Source: Oceanispirochaeta sp. (lineage in GTDB: Bacteria; Spirochaetota; Spirochaetia; DSM-2461). From it: a stretch of DNA of 64,000 bases. The translations under genes and the position numbers were made by a program. The stretch covers positions 640,001-704,000 of the forward strand of contig CAXXOA010000001.1 in assembly GCA_963666275.2 (NCBI GenBank). Direction: 5' to 3'. Each line of letters begins with the position of its first letter. Positions within the stretch are counted from its first letter, which is position 1. Below are positions 22,396 through 32,887 of the stretch, in pieces. The notes under the pieces were generated by a model. The model did no database searches, was not told the DNA's origin, and saw only the letters and a program-made list of their open reading frames with translations.

Positions 22396-22842
22396 TTAAA
22401 GAAGATGTTCAGTTTCTTTGCGGAATAGATCTAAATATTTTTGAGAGCTTAGTATTAGACTTTTTCTCTCATCCTCGGTCATTCTTTTCCATGTGCGTTC
22501 TTCAAATTGAAATACAATTGCTATGAACTCATTAGCATAATTCTGACCAGATTCGGTTAATTCAATGATTTTACTTCTTTTATCACGTTCAGATTTTTTC
22601 AGAGTAATGAATCCAGCTTTCTCGATTTCTTTGAGAGCACTATTTACGGTTTGCTTACTCATAGACCATTGATCACATATATCCTTCTGAGTAATGTGGT
22701 CGTTCATTTCATATATTGCGTAGAAAACCCAATAGCCGCTTTCTGAAAGATTACTTCTTTGGGCAAGCTTTTTGTAAACGGCATCAGTTTGTTTCCAGAT
22801 AGAAAAGTATTCCTGCAACTGACAATGCAATTCCTGAGTCAT
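22396..22842 (-). CDS. MarR family regulator
   Basis: ITQKDIC...SKQTVNSALK...DKRSKIIELTESG. Confidence 0.9.
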   Translation of the reverse strand: MTQELHCQLQEYFSIWKQTDAVYKKLAQRSNLSESGYWVFYAIYEMNDHITQKDICDQWSMSKQTVNSALKEIEKAGFITLKKSERDKRSKIIELTESGQNYANEFIAIVFQFEERTWKRMTEDERKSLILSSQKYLDLFRKETEHLL

Positions 22843-22858
22843 TTTTTACCTCACAAAA

Positions 22859-22905
22859 AGTCCGAAATCGGACTATATTAGAAAAGAAACTCAATTTCCT
22901 GTCAA
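22859..22905 (-). promoter_or_regulatory. marR promoter and operator
   Basis: TTGACA (-35) at 22900-22905 on the minus strand; palindrome AGTCCGA-AA-TCGGACT at 22859-22874. Confidence 0.7.
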
Positions 22906-23018
22906 GCGCGATGGAATGACTTTGCAATAAAAAAATATTTTTTTGTATTAGAACGATAACGATGATGAAGCACGTAAAATCTTTTTTCTCTACTGGGGAT
23001 TCCACGTATCTATGAGTT

Positions 23019-23106
23019 AATGGAGAAATCTAGCTCACTTCCAACCTGTCCCATCATCGGAACTGAATCTGGAGAGATTGCTATATTACCGGTATATGGG
23101 ATATCT
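23019..23106 (+). repeat. Copy R4 of dispersed repeat
   Basis: GCTCACTTCCAACCTGTCCCATCATCGGAACTGAATCTGGAGAGATTGCTATATTACCGG. Confidence 0.88.
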
Positions 23107-23353
23107 GTTGCAAAGACCACTCTCTCGGCTTCTCTGTAGGATGGTTATGAGAGACCAAAGTGATGGATATCACGGTTAGTTTAGGACAGTGATGCCAGCA
23201 TTGATGCTTTTTTGAAATTCTTCCGGTCCTGGAATGGTGAAGGATTTCGCTATTCTTATATGCTAATTGGATAATCCGCTTTATTTATTCTATCTGAAAT
23301 GATATCAATTGAAGAGTAGTATAAAATTCTACGATTATGGTAATGGGGACCCT

Positions 23354-24154
23354 ATGGAACTGATAAAAAAAAGAATAGTGATAAAAGTTGGAACCTCTAC
23401 ACTTACTAATGAAAGTGGTGAAAAGAAATTACGATCCTTTGATCAATTGGCACGAGTCATCTCTGATTTGAATAATGCAGGTTATGAAACAATTCTTGTT
23501 TCATCTGGTGCTATAGCTGTAGGGGTCAATAAACTTCAGATGAAAGAACGTCCTCGGGAAATGCGGTTGAAACAGGCTTCTGCAGCGGTTGGGCAAAGTC
23601 GTATAATGAACCTTTACAGTAAGTTCTTTAACGATTATGACAAGATTGTCGCACAAATACTCCTTAATGCAGATGATATAAAACATGAAGAAAAGAAAGA
23701 GAACCTTATCAATACATTCGATTCTTTGCTTGAATTGGGTGTAATTCCCATCGTCAATGAAAACGACTCTGTAAGTTACACAGAAATTGAATCAGAAGAC
23801 AAAATTTTTGGTGATAACGATATGCTTTCGGCAGTTGTAGCTGTCCTATGTAGGGCAGAGATGCTCGTTATCTTTTCCGATATAGACGGATTTTATGATA
23901 AAGATCCCCGTCTTTATGCTGATGCGAAACTGATAGAGTGCATTTCTTGCATTGATGAAGAAATCATATCATTGGCTGGAGGAGCCGGTTCCCGTAGAGG
24001 AACTGGAGGGATGAAGACAAAAATCCAAGCAGCAACTCTCGCTACTAAACAGGGCATTGATACTATCATCACAAATGGAAAAAATTCTGCATCTCTTTAC
24101 GATATTATTGATGGTAAAAAAGTGGGAACATTGTTCAGCGGACAACAAATGTAA
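23354..24154 (+). CDS. proB: Glutamate 5-kinase (no PUA domain)
   Basis: RIVIKVGTSTLT, VSSGAIAVG, QASAAVGQ, IVNENDSV, GDNDMLSA, GTGGMKTK. Confidence 0.93.
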   Translation: MELIKKRIVIKVGTSTLTNESGEKKLRSFDQLARVISDLNNAGYETILVSSGAIAVGVNKLQMKERPREMRLKQASAAVGQSRIMNLYSKFFNDYDKIVAQILLNADDIKHEEKKENLINTFDSLLELGVIPIVNENDSVSYTEIESEDKIFGDNDMLSAVVAVLCRAEMLVIFSDIDGFYDKDPRLYADAKLIECISCIDEEIISLAGGAGSRRGTGGMKTKIQAATLATKQGIDTIITNGKNSASLYDIIDGKKVGTLFSGQQM

Positions 24155-24190
24155 TTCAAGAATTAAACATCTGCATTCTGTTCGTATTTG

Positions 24191-24343
24191 AATGCGATAT
24201 CGATGTTCAACTGCAACCTGTCCCCTAATCAGAACTGAATGTGGAGAGATTACTACATTACAGGCTCAGTTCTCTTCAAAACCACACTATAATGAAAGCT
24301 GCTAAGAGGTTCAGAGTTTAAACCCTACATAAACAACAGTGCC
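24191..24343 (+). repeat. Long copy R5 of dispersed repeat, abutting the recQ breakpoint
   Basis: About 83% identical to R1; terminal 39 bp 38/39 identical. Confidence 0.9.
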
Positions 24344-24702
24344 GGGTTGGTCAGAAGGACCCGGGCTTTTCCCGAATGCACCTGATCCCAGAGTGTTTTT
24401 TTTCAACCCGGCTCATACCCCCTTTGAGCAGAACCCCCTCTATTCTGGCTTCCTTCACCCGGCACAGCTGGTCGGCCATCAGCCCTAGCAGGGGAAAGAC
24501 CACCACCGTGAGTCCCGGCAGCAGAAAGGCGGGGAGCATAAAGCAGAGGCTCTTGCCTGCTCCCGTGGGGAGGAGCACAATCTGATTGGGCGGGGCTTCG
24601 GCTGCCTCCTCTTCGGTGAAAAGCCCGGATTTGCGGAGGATATTGCTTATGACAAGGCGCTGGTAGGAGAAGAGGTAGGTTATGTGGAAATTTTCGTATG
24701 CG

Positions 24703-26274
24703 TCAAATAAACACAGGCCCTTTATCAGCCGTAATGTTATCTTTTAAATTCCATGGTAATAATTCTTCCCATTCTTGTTCATTATTGATGAACGGAGCTT
24801 TAGAGAAAACATAATGCAGATAATCAAAGGGATTCAAGTTATTTTGTTTTGCAGTCTCAATCAGAGAATACATCCCGCAGGAACTGTCTGCCCCTTTGGG
24901 ATTCCCGGAAAATAGCCAGTTTTTCCTCCCCAGAACAAAAGGACGAATAGCATTTTCACTGGCATTATTATCCGGAGTCAGATAGGGGCTTTCCAGATAT
25001 CGAATCAAATAATCCCATTGATTCAATGCATAGTGAACCGCTTTTCCCAAAGCACTTTCCGGTAGAATATTCTCAGAACGTTTATCCAGCCATCGTTTAA
25101 ATGCATCAAGAATAGGCTCAGCCTTGCTTTTCCGTTGTTCCTGGAACTCTTCAGGAGATAATTTCTTACTCCTTAGATCATTTTCCAAGGCATAGAGCTT
25201 CTTGATATGCTTGATTCCTTCCAGAGCACTTTTAGATTTTTTACTGGCTTTATCAGCCTCAAAGAACTTCCTTCTGGCATGTGCAAAGCAGCCTACCAGA
25301 TGTATATCGGGATTGCCTTCTACCGCGGTTTTGTATCCTTGATATCCATCGGTTTGCAGATACCCTTTAAAACTAGTGAGAAAATTCTTTGCATATTCCG
25401 ATGCCCGTGTTGGATGGTACTCATAATAAACAGCTTGTTGTCCCGGAGGACCGCCTCTGGACAGCCACATATAGGATTTCTGTTTGTTATCCCGACCTGG
25501 TTCATTCAGAACCTGTACGGTTGTTTCATCCATTTGGATCACCGAACCGGATTTTATGTGGGTTTTCAGCAGTTCAAAGAGAGGGAGAAGAGCTTCATAA
25601 GCCTTTTTCTGCCAATTACTCATATTCTGACGGCTGATTCGGGCTCCCATACGCTCAAACCGCTTTTCCTGTCGGTAAAAAGGAAGATGGTCTACGTACT
25701 TGTTTACCATCAGAAATGCCAACAGACCGGGAGTGACAATCCCTTTGGGGATAATGGTAGGCTCCGGAGGGGCAATCTTTACAGCAGGAACATCTTCATC
25801 GGCGGTTCCTTCGCAATTACCACAGGCATATTTTAACCGGACAATCCGTTCTACCCAGATACGGGGAGGGATCACATGCAGTTTCTCAGAGATTTCTTCT
25901 CCGATTTTTTTCAGTTCTGTTCCGCAGGCACAGTTTTTTTCATCTTCAGGAATATCAATAATCCGTTCTTTGCGGGGAAGGTTCTCATCCAGAGGCTTTC
26001 TGCCTGTTTTCTTACGCTTGTAAGAATCTATTTGCTGTTCTTCCGAACAGTCTTCCTCAGGAGTCACAGCTTCATCTGTATCAAATAATTCAATCTGATC
26101 AGGAATATTTTCTGCTCTTCGACCGAATTGACGATGCAAAGCCAAAGCCAACTTCTCTTCAAGAAGCTGATATTTCTTTTCCCAGTTCTGATTCTGGGCT
26201 TCTGATTCAGCAAGTTGCTTTTTCAGAGATAAAAATTCTCTTTGTGCTTCCAACGGAAGAGAAGAAATATCCAT
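24703..26274 (-). CDS. tnpC: IS66 transposase TnpC
   Basis: CACG zinc finger; [44 protein letters not shown]. Confidence 0.95.
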   Translation of the reverse strand: MDISSLPLEAQREFLSLKKQLAESEAQNQNWEKKYQLLEEKLALALHRQFGRRAENIPDQIELFDTDEAVTPEEDCSEEQQIDSYKRKKTGRKPLDENLPRKERIIDIPEDEKNCACGTELKKIGEEISEKLHVIPPRIWVERIVRLKYACGNCEGTADEDVPAVKIAPPEPTIIPKGIVTPGLLAFLMVNKYVDHLPFYRQEKRFERMGARISRQNMSNWQKKAYEALLPLFELLKTHIKSGSVIQMDETTVQVLNEPGRDNKQKSYMWLSRGGPPGQQAVYYEYHPTRASEYAKNFLTSFKGYLQTDGYQGYKTAVEGNPDIHLVGCFAHARRKFFEADKASKKSKSALEGIKHIKKLYALENDLRSKKLSPEEFQEQRKSKAEPILDAFKRWLDKRSENILPESALGKAVHYALNQWDYLIRYLESPYLTPDNNASENAIRPFVLGRKNWLFSGNPKGADSSCGMYSLIETAKQNNLNPFDYLHYVFSKAPFINNEQEWEELLPWNLKDNITADKGPVFI

Positions 26275-26315
26275 AAGAGAATTTTAGCAAAGACAGGAAT
26301 TTGAGTAAATTCCTT

Positions 26316-26663
26316 TCAGGCAATTTCTGAATATTTTAATGTTTCGTGGGCTTTCCAGAAATCTATGCCCTTCAGAAGCATAGAGAGTTCTTCAAAGCTG
26401 ATGGCTTTAGCAGCTTCTTCCGTATCTGGCCAGGGGAAGCGGTGCTTCTCCAGACGCTTCTGCCAGAGGCAGAAGCCTGTCTGATCCCAGTAAAGGGCTT
26501 TCAGAATCCGTCTCTGTTTATTACAGAACATAAAAAGAGAGCCGCAAAAAGGATCAAGAGACATTTCATCCTGAACTTCTACCGCCAAACCATTAATAGC
26601 TTTCCGCATATCGGTAACACCGGGTCGGATAAATATCGTGATTTGAGAGAAATCCTTAATCAT
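26316..26663 (-). CDS. tnpB: IS66 accessory protein TnpB
   Basis: TDMRKAINGL, LYWDQTGFCLWQKRLE. Confidence 0.93.
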   Translation of the reverse strand: MIKDFSQITIFIRPGVTDMRKAINGLAVEVQDEMSLDPFCGSLFMFCNKQRRILKALYWDQTGFCLWQKRLEKHRFPWPDTEEAAKAISFEELSMLLKGIDFWKAHETLKYSEIA

Positions 26664-26958
26664 TGCACTGTTCCAAGGTCTGAAGCAGTTTTTTCAATGT
26701 GATTGTATCAAAGTTCCGATCCAGTTTTATCCGGTAGCCATTCCATTGTAACTCAATGGATGAGCCTTTGACTGTTTCCTTGGGCAATTTAACAGGAACT
26801 TCAACCAAGGATGGAGTTTTACGGTCATACCGCTTTTGCCATCCGTGGAAAGTCGTTGTTTTCAGTTTTTTATCCCGGCAGAACTGACTTACAGATTTTC
26901 CGGACTGTTTCCACTCTGCCAAAAGAGCGTAGCGCTGATCCATTGTGTATTGTTTCAT
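26656..26958 (-). CDS. tnpA: IS66 accessory protein TnpA (HTH)
   Basis: WKQSGKSVSQFCR...TFHGWQKR; position within IS66. Confidence 0.85.
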   Translation of the reverse strand: MKQYTMDQRYALLAEWKQSGKSVSQFCRDKKLKTTTFHGWQKRYDRKTPSLVEVPVKLPKETVKGSSIELQWNGYRIKLDRNFDTITLKKLLQTLEQCND

Positions 26959-27341
26959 AGTAATTCTCCTGATGGAGATTGTACCGGGATGACTGGGAGA
27001 TTTTTAGATGCGGTTTATTTGACGCTTACAAATTTTCCCGGGTGGTTTTGGTTATCATGTCCATATGGGACATTACGGTCGGGATGTATGTATTGCTTCA
27101 AATCTCAGGAATCCAAAAAGCTGTATTCAGAGTGCCGCTGCAGCATTTCTGAAGCTAGAATCTCCGATTTCGCCAGAAGAAATATCAGGGTTTTTTATTA
27201 ATTAACCATCTTATTCCTGCAGAATAACATAAGCCGCCCCCATTTAATCCCTATTTGACAGAGCTACTCTCAGGGAACTAAAATTCAGAATGATTTAAAA
27301 AAAATATTTAACACATAAGATTTTATTAAAGGATAGGGTTT

Positions 27342-29441
27342 ATGAAGTTTTCCTCTTTGAAGATCGGTCAGAAAATCAATCTGATCATGTCCCTTACGGT
27401 GATTCTCTCTCTTTCAATTTTTTACATGTATATCCGTACCACTACCTTGAATCTGGCGAACAACGATGCCCGGGTGATCGCGGGAGAGTATGCCCGGCAT
27501 TACGGGCAGGTCGTGAAAGAGATCTTTTCCATTACTTTGAGTGAAACCTCCGCCATGGCGGATGCCATGGAATCCCTGGCCGCATCGCAGAGCCCCTCCC
27601 GGGAAACAGCCACAGCTATGCTGAAACAGTGGTATGACCGGGGAAAAAACGAAAGCCGTATCTATGATACCTGGGTTACCTTTGAACCAGGGACTTTCGA
27701 CGGGAATGATGAGGACTATGCCGGAAGCGAACGCTACGGAGAAACAGGACAGTACAGTGCCTGGATACTGGGAAACGATGTCTATGTGAATGTTCCTTCG
27801 GGGGATCCGGAAATCGATATCTGGTATACCGGCGCCCGGGACAGGAAAAGGATTACAGTTTCAGACTTTTTCGAGTTTGAATATCCCGATGGAATCCAGA
27901 CAGTTGTGGCCATATCCAAGCCCCTGTATGATTCCCGGGGCAGGCATCTAGGGGTAATAGGCTGTGACTTTGAAGTAGGGTCTATCCATGAAGAAATCGG
28001 AAATGTCCGGATTTATGATTCAGGTTTTCTGACTCTTGTATCCGATGGGGGGGGAATTGTTTCTACCAGAGATGAAAACGCTCTGGGTCAGAATTTCTCC
28101 GCCCTGCCCTGGATGACTGAAGACATTCAGGACCGCATTCAGAAGGGAGAAGCCTTTGATTTCACTTACAGTTCGGAACTTCTGAATGATAAAATTTTTG
28201 CTTCGGTCATTCCTCTTGAGTTCGGTCAAAGCGGAAATACCTGGCATATGATCGTAAATATTCCCGAATCGGAAATCAAAGCCGAGTCGATCCACATGAT
28301 GAGGAATATTCTGATTCTGGCTGTCCTGATGATCGCCCTGCTTGTTTTTATTCTCTCTCTGGTTTCCAGAAGTATTACCCTTCCTCTGGCAAAGGCTGTC
28401 TCTTTTGCCAATGATATTGCCGAGGGTTATCTCAAATCTTCCATGGAGAATACGCGTTCTGACGAGTTGGGACTCCTGGCTGATGCGCTCAATAATATGA
28501 AAGAGAATCTGGTCAGGATCATCTCAAATATAAAGAGCAGCACCGAACAGTTCCGGGCCGGCAGCGCTCAGCTGAACAGTTCGGCACTGCATATCTCCGA
28601 CGGAGCCGGTCATCAGGCTTCGGGAGTTGAAGAAATCTCTTCTAGTATGGAGCAGCTTACAGCTAATATTCAGAACAATTCCAGTAATGCCGCCCATTCC
28701 AATACCCTCGCGTCGGATGTTTCCCTGTCTGCAACTGAAGGGGGAGAAGCTGTAAATGAAACAGTACAGGCTATCAAGGATATTGCAGAAAAGATTGTGG
28801 TTATCGAAGAGATCGCCAGAAATACTAATCTTCTGGCCCTCAATGCGGCTATAGAAGCCGCCCGGGCCGGAGAGGCGGGAAAAGGATTCGCCGTTGTTGC
28901 TTCAGAGGTTAGGAAACTGGCGGAAAACAGCGCCCGGGCTGCATCGGATATCACTACCATAGCCAGAGAAAATGTGGCCAAAGCGGAAAATGCGGGACGT
29001 ATCATTAGTGATATGGTTCCGAAAATAGCAAAAACAGCTGAGCTTATAGAAGAAATATCCGCTTCCAGCCGGGAGCAGAGTAACGGAGCCGAACAGGTTA
29101 ATCAGTCCATTCTTGAAATGAACCAGGTTGTTCAGAAAAACGTGAATGTTTCGGAAGAGATGGCGGGGATGTCAGAGGAGCTGGACTCCCAGGCCCAGAT
29201 TCTGATAGATATGATTGCTTTTTTTAAGGTTGAACACCAATCTGGAGGGGCAAAAGCCCTGGAGCAGGACGGTAGAAATCAACAGGGAATTCCTGAAAAA
29301 CAGAATATGCGCGCAAAAGAAGCGAAAGAGATCCCGCAAGACTCTCCCAGGAGAATTGAAATCAAACCGGCATCCTCGTCTCAGGGGCTCAAGAAAACAG
29401 AAAAGGATAATCTGAAAGATGAGGACTTTGAGGAATTCTGA
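27342..29441 (+). CDS. Methyl-accepting chemotaxis protein (Cache-HAMP-MA)
   Basis: [39 protein letters not shown]-terminal DFEEF pentapeptide. Confidence 0.95.
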   Translation: MKFSSLKIGQKINLIMSLTVILSLSIFYMYIRTTTLNLANNDARVIAGEYARHYGQVVKEIFSITLSETSAMADAMESLAASQSPSRETATAMLKQWYDRGKNESRIYDTWVTFEPGTFDGNDEDYAGSERYGETGQYSAWILGNDVYVNVPSGDPEIDIWYTGARDRKRITVSDFFEFEYPDGIQTVVAISKPLYDSRGRHLGVIGCDFEVGSIHEEIGNVRIYDSGFLTLVSDGGGIVSTRDENALGQNFSALPWMTEDIQDRIQKGEAFDFTYSSELLNDKIFASVIPLEFGQSGNTWHMIVNIPESEIKAESIHMMRNILILAVLMIALLVFILSLVSRSITLPLAKAVSFANDIAEGYLKSSMENTRSDELGLLADALNNMKENLVRIISNIKSSTEQFRAGSAQLNSSALHISDGAGHQASGVEEISSSMEQLTANIQNNSSNAAHSNTLASDVSLSATEGGEAVNETVQAIKDIAEKIVVIEEIARNTNLLALNAAIEAARAGEAGKGFAVVASEVRKLAENSARAASDITTIARENVAKAENAGRIISDMVPKIAKTAELIEEISASSREQSNGAEQVNQSILEMNQVVQKNVNVSEEMAGMSEELDSQAQILIDMIAFFKVEHQSGGAKALEQDGRNQQGIPEKQNMRAKEAKEIPQDSPRRIEIKPASSSQGLKKTEKDNLKDEDFEEF

Positions 29442-29496
29442 ATCATTCCTGCCGGGTGCATGGTCTGCGGTTTATGAAAGGTTATAAAAAAACAAA

Positions 29497-29520
29497 CAGG
29501 GGGAGCCCAGGCACCCCCTG
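29497..29520. terminator. Hairpin between convergent genes
   Basis: CAGGGGG...CCCCCTG with flanking A-tracts. Confidence 0.6.
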
Positions 29521-29533
29521 AAAATCATCTAAC

Positions 29534-30997
29534 TTATTTCAAAATATCTTCCGCCGCAGTCTCACCCGCAAGACGTCCGATAACAAAAGCTACAGTGAGT
29601 CCCTGACCCATCTGGTTGGCCGTCTCTCCGCCGATGTAGAGGCCTTCAATCGCCGAGCCGTCTTCTCTTAGAGCCCGGGCTTCCAGATCGATCATTACGC
29701 CCCCTCTTGTCTGCTGACTGGCAGGGGATATCTTGGCACCGTAGTAGGTGGGAGTATCTATCCTGCTGAACATAGAGGCTTTTCTGCCGTACTCGGAATC
29801 CACACCCGCATCAAAGGATGTGCGGTAGGTTGCAACAGATTCCACCAGTGCGGCGCTGTCTATATTCAGAGCTTCTCCAAGCTCCTCCAGGGTTTCGGCC
29901 TGGGTAAAATAGCCCGCCTCTTTGTACTCCTGCATCAACGCGGCTCTGTCCACAGACACCTGGTCGAAAATCAGGTAGGCATTGCCGTCGGTCTGTTCGG
30001 TAATGGTTTTTCCAAGAATAGAGGTAGCCGAAAGTTCGTCTACAAATCTGTTTCCCTCTTTGTTTACCAGGATAGCTCCGTTGTACCGGGCGTTGGTCAG
30101 GGAAATCGCTCCGTTACCTGTATCGTAGGCTACTGTCTGGGGACCGGCGTTGTCCATATTTCCCAGGGCGGCACCGACTTTCAGAGCCATTCTGATGCCG
30201 TCGCCGGTTGCGCCGGGGCTGGCTGTTGAGGGGTAGCCTGCCCACTGGGGTGTGTATTTGGCAACCATTTCGGGGTTGGAGGCAAAACTTCCTGTAGCCA
30301 GGACTACAGCTTCCGCATGAATCTCATACTCTTCGGTTCCGTTGTCAACGATAACACCCACCACTTTATCGCCGTCCATGATCAGGTCGGTGACATTGCT
30401 GTTTTTCCGGTAGTCGATTCCTGCATCTTCCAGGTTTTTCACAAGTACGGGAACAAGCATTTTTCCCATGGCGCTGCCGTCGGAAGTGATATGCTGGGAA
30501 CCATTAATCACTGTCCCCAGATCCGCACCCATTCCAATAAGCCAATCCACCATTTTTCCGGAAAGGATAGCCAGATTCTTGAGAGAGGGATCGTCCACAT
30601 CTTTGTTTCCTACAAGTTTTCTGTAATAGTCTCTGGCTGTGTAGGTCCCGTCAGCACTCGGCTCATCTGATTCAGAGGCTCCGGAGGTAGCATCGGTATT
30701 GGCATCGGCCGCATAGGCCTCTCCCTTCATCTGAACTGAGCTTCCTCCGGCGTTAACAGCCGTCGAGGCATACAGAGTGGTACCGCCCATTTCGGAAAGC
30801 TTTTCCAGAAGGATCACATCCACATCTTTTGAATTCGCAGCCAGAGCAGCGGCCATACCGGCTCCACCCCCACCGACCACAACAATATCTGTGGTCTCGT
30901 TGCCTTTGGCATTTGTGCTTCCCTTCTCTGATAAACAGCTTGTCAGCAGTGTGAGAACAAGAAGAAAAGGCAGAAACAGTTTCTTCATTTTCATCAT
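29534..30997 (-). CDS. FAD-dependent oxidoreductase lipoprotein (flavocytochrome c flavin-subunit family)
   Basis: Lipobox LLTSC; DIVVVGGGGAG; VVLATGSF; ATGDG; GAILVNKEGNRF; GLYIGGE. Confidence 0.85.
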   Translation of the reverse strand: MMKMKKLFLPFLLVLTLLTSCLSEKGSTNAKGNETTDIVVVGGGGAGMAAALAANSKDVDVILLEKLSEMGGTTLYASTAVNAGGSSVQMKGEAYAADANTDATSGASESDEPSADGTYTARDYYRKLVGNKDVDDPSLKNLAILSGKMVDWLIGMGADLGTVINGSQHITSDGSAMGKMLVPVLVKNLEDAGIDYRKNSNVTDLIMDGDKVVGVIVDNGTEEYEIHAEAVVLATGSFASNPEMVAKYTPQWAGYPSTASPGATGDGIRMALKVGAALGNMDNAGPQTVAYDTGNGAISLTNARYNGAILVNKEGNRFVDELSATSILGKTITEQTDGNAYLIFDQVSVDRAALMQEYKEAGYFTQAETLEELGEALNIDSAALVESVATYRTSFDAGVDSEYGRKASMFSRIDTPTYYGAKISPASQQTRGGVMIDLEARALREDGSAIEGLYIGGETANQMGQGLTVAFVIGRLAGETAAEDILK

Positions 30998-31116
30998 ATA
31001 ACGACTCCATTTGTTATTAAAAATATCGATAAGATATTACCGAATGGTGGAGGGGATGGATATTCCAAAGATCGGAATTCCTTCATCAAAACGGAACTAT
31101 AGACCCTTTTTGCGTC

Positions 31117-32411
31117 ATGTATTATCTTTTTGATGAGAAACATTTGTCAGGGGATAAGATTTTAATGGTCATAAATTCCGGAAGTTCTGATACAACGAGA
31201 CGATCGGAAACGAAAAAAAAGCTCTACAGTACCTACCGTTTACTCGACAATATTCTGTCCGGCATATCCCGGGATGTGGTGGAGTATGACAGAAAACTCC
31301 TGGAGGTGGAGTTCTCCTTTCGTTTTGATGACTGCCATATGCTGATCCTGGGGTACAAAAAAGCGTTTTTCCAGCAATTTACCCGGACCGATGCCACTAT
31401 GATGAAGTTCTCCGATGCCATGAAAGAGATCGTTGCCGAAGCGGCCCGGCGGTTAGAGATCTCCTACGATATACTGTATCTGAATCCTGACAAGTACTGG
31501 TGTCTCCTTTTCAGCTCCCCCAAGGGAAACCGGGAGGACCAGGCCCTTGTATTTTCCCGGGAACTGACAGAACGGTTTAATGATTTCTACCAGAGGAATA
31601 TGCCCGATCTGTTCGCCCGCTATCTGCACTGCAGTGCCCTGTCCGGTCCTATTCGCTCCTATAAGGATATCGCCGGAACCTGCGATTTACTGCGGCTCAG
31701 AAAGGAGCTCTCCTTCTTCTGTAATGAAACCTGTGTTCTCACAGATTCCTATATTGCTGAACAGTCGGGTCCCTACACCTATGATTCTCTGTCCAGCGAT
31801 ATTGAACAGTTCAGAACTCTTCTGCAGAAACGGGATGCCTCCCTGCCATCGCTGCTGGAGGAGCTCTGCCTGAAAAAATCAGAAGCTCCTTTGATTTTGA
31901 TCTATGCCGGGACTTTCTTTCCCTGATCAGGAATATCTTTCATGATATTCAGTTCAGTCTGCTTCCCGAGGATCGTCTCACACAGGATATCCATCTTGAG
32001 CAGTTCACATCCATAAGGGAAATGTACGAGACCCTGAATGACTGGCTTTTATCGCTTCTGGAGACACTGAGCCTGAAAAAGCCGGTTTCCCGTTTGACCT
32101 CATCGGCGGTTATGAAGATCGAAGCCGTTTATGGACAGCCTGTTTCCATCGAGGAGATCGCCGATTCCCTGGAAGTTTCCTCCCGGTATCTGCGAAAGGT
32201 CTTTAAATCTGAAATGGGCCTGGGAATCCACGATTATCTGACAAAACTCAGAATCACCAGGGCTAAGGAACTTCTTGGCGGTTCAAACCTGAAGATCCAT
32301 CAGATAGCCAGCCGGGTGGGGATGGAGAATCCCCGTTATTTCTGCCAGTTTTTTAAAAAGGAAACCGGGGTGCTGCCCTCGGAGTATGCGGGGAGTAAAA
32401 GAACTGTCTGA
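31117..32411 (+). pseudogene. AraC family regulator split by a 1-nt frameshift
   Basis: One extra A in the A6 run at 31873-31878 joins ORF 31117 to the AraC HTH ORF ending at 32411. Confidence 0.75.
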
Positions 32412-32428
32412 TCTGGAAGGACAAAAAA

Positions 32429-32459
32429 ATCCCTGTCTCTCGGATGGACAAACAGGGAT
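32429..32459. terminator. Bidirectional terminator-like hairpin
   Basis: ATCCCTGT...ACAGGGAT with A and T tracts. Confidence 0.55.
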
Positions 32460-32484
32460 CATCTTCTTTTTTACATTACGATTC

Positions 32485-32673
32485 TTAAGCAAGATGGCTT
32501 TTAAAGAACCCTTCAATTTTATCAAAGGGGATAACATCCATCCTGTCGTACAGGTCTGCTGCCAGGGTGATGCCGTAGCGGTTATAAAATGTCACTTTTC
32601 TGTGATTTACTTTGCTGCTTTTAGGGAAGACCTTGTCCCATTCCTGAGTTAAATTGAGATTATCTTTTGTCAT
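32485..32673 (-). pseudogene. Alpha/beta hydrolase (YcjY-like) with large in-frame internal deletion
   Basis: N-terminus WDKVFPKS..VTFYNRYGITLAADLY fused directly to C-terminus DVIPFDKIEGFF. Confidence 0.75.
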
Positions 32674-32887
32674 ATATATTACCTACCTCTTAAATAATTT
32701 CTTTTCTTACAGGTCCTCAAAAGGATTTTTCTTCCTGTGTTGATTATTAATATAGTAAAAGGAATGCTTTCGGGAAATGTCCATTCTTACAGTAATATTG
32801 CCTATAGTTACAAAATTATTGTTTAATTGTCATGAATAATATTTTATTATTGCACAAAATAGGTTTTAACTGATTTTATTTTGGCTT

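Larger units (their letters stand above)
24696..27029 (-). mobile_element. IS66 family element, 2334 bp, 8-bp TSD AAATTTTC
   Basis: IRs GTA(A/T)GCGTCAAATAAAC; TSD at 24688-24695 and 27030-27037. Confidence 0.96.
24344..27064 (-). pseudogene. recQ: 5' fragment of a RecQ family helicase, interrupted by IS66, frameshifted and truncated
   Basis: Removing IS66 and one TSD restores [29 protein letters not shown]...[16 protein letters not shown]...[12 protein letters not shown]; after a poly-A slip it continues [18 protein letters not shown] and stops at R5. Confidence 0.85.

Noticed and set aside
24323..24350. Xer dif-like site (TTATGTAGGGT resembles a XerD arm)
   Set aside because: No credible XerC arm, and the partial symmetry is absent in R1
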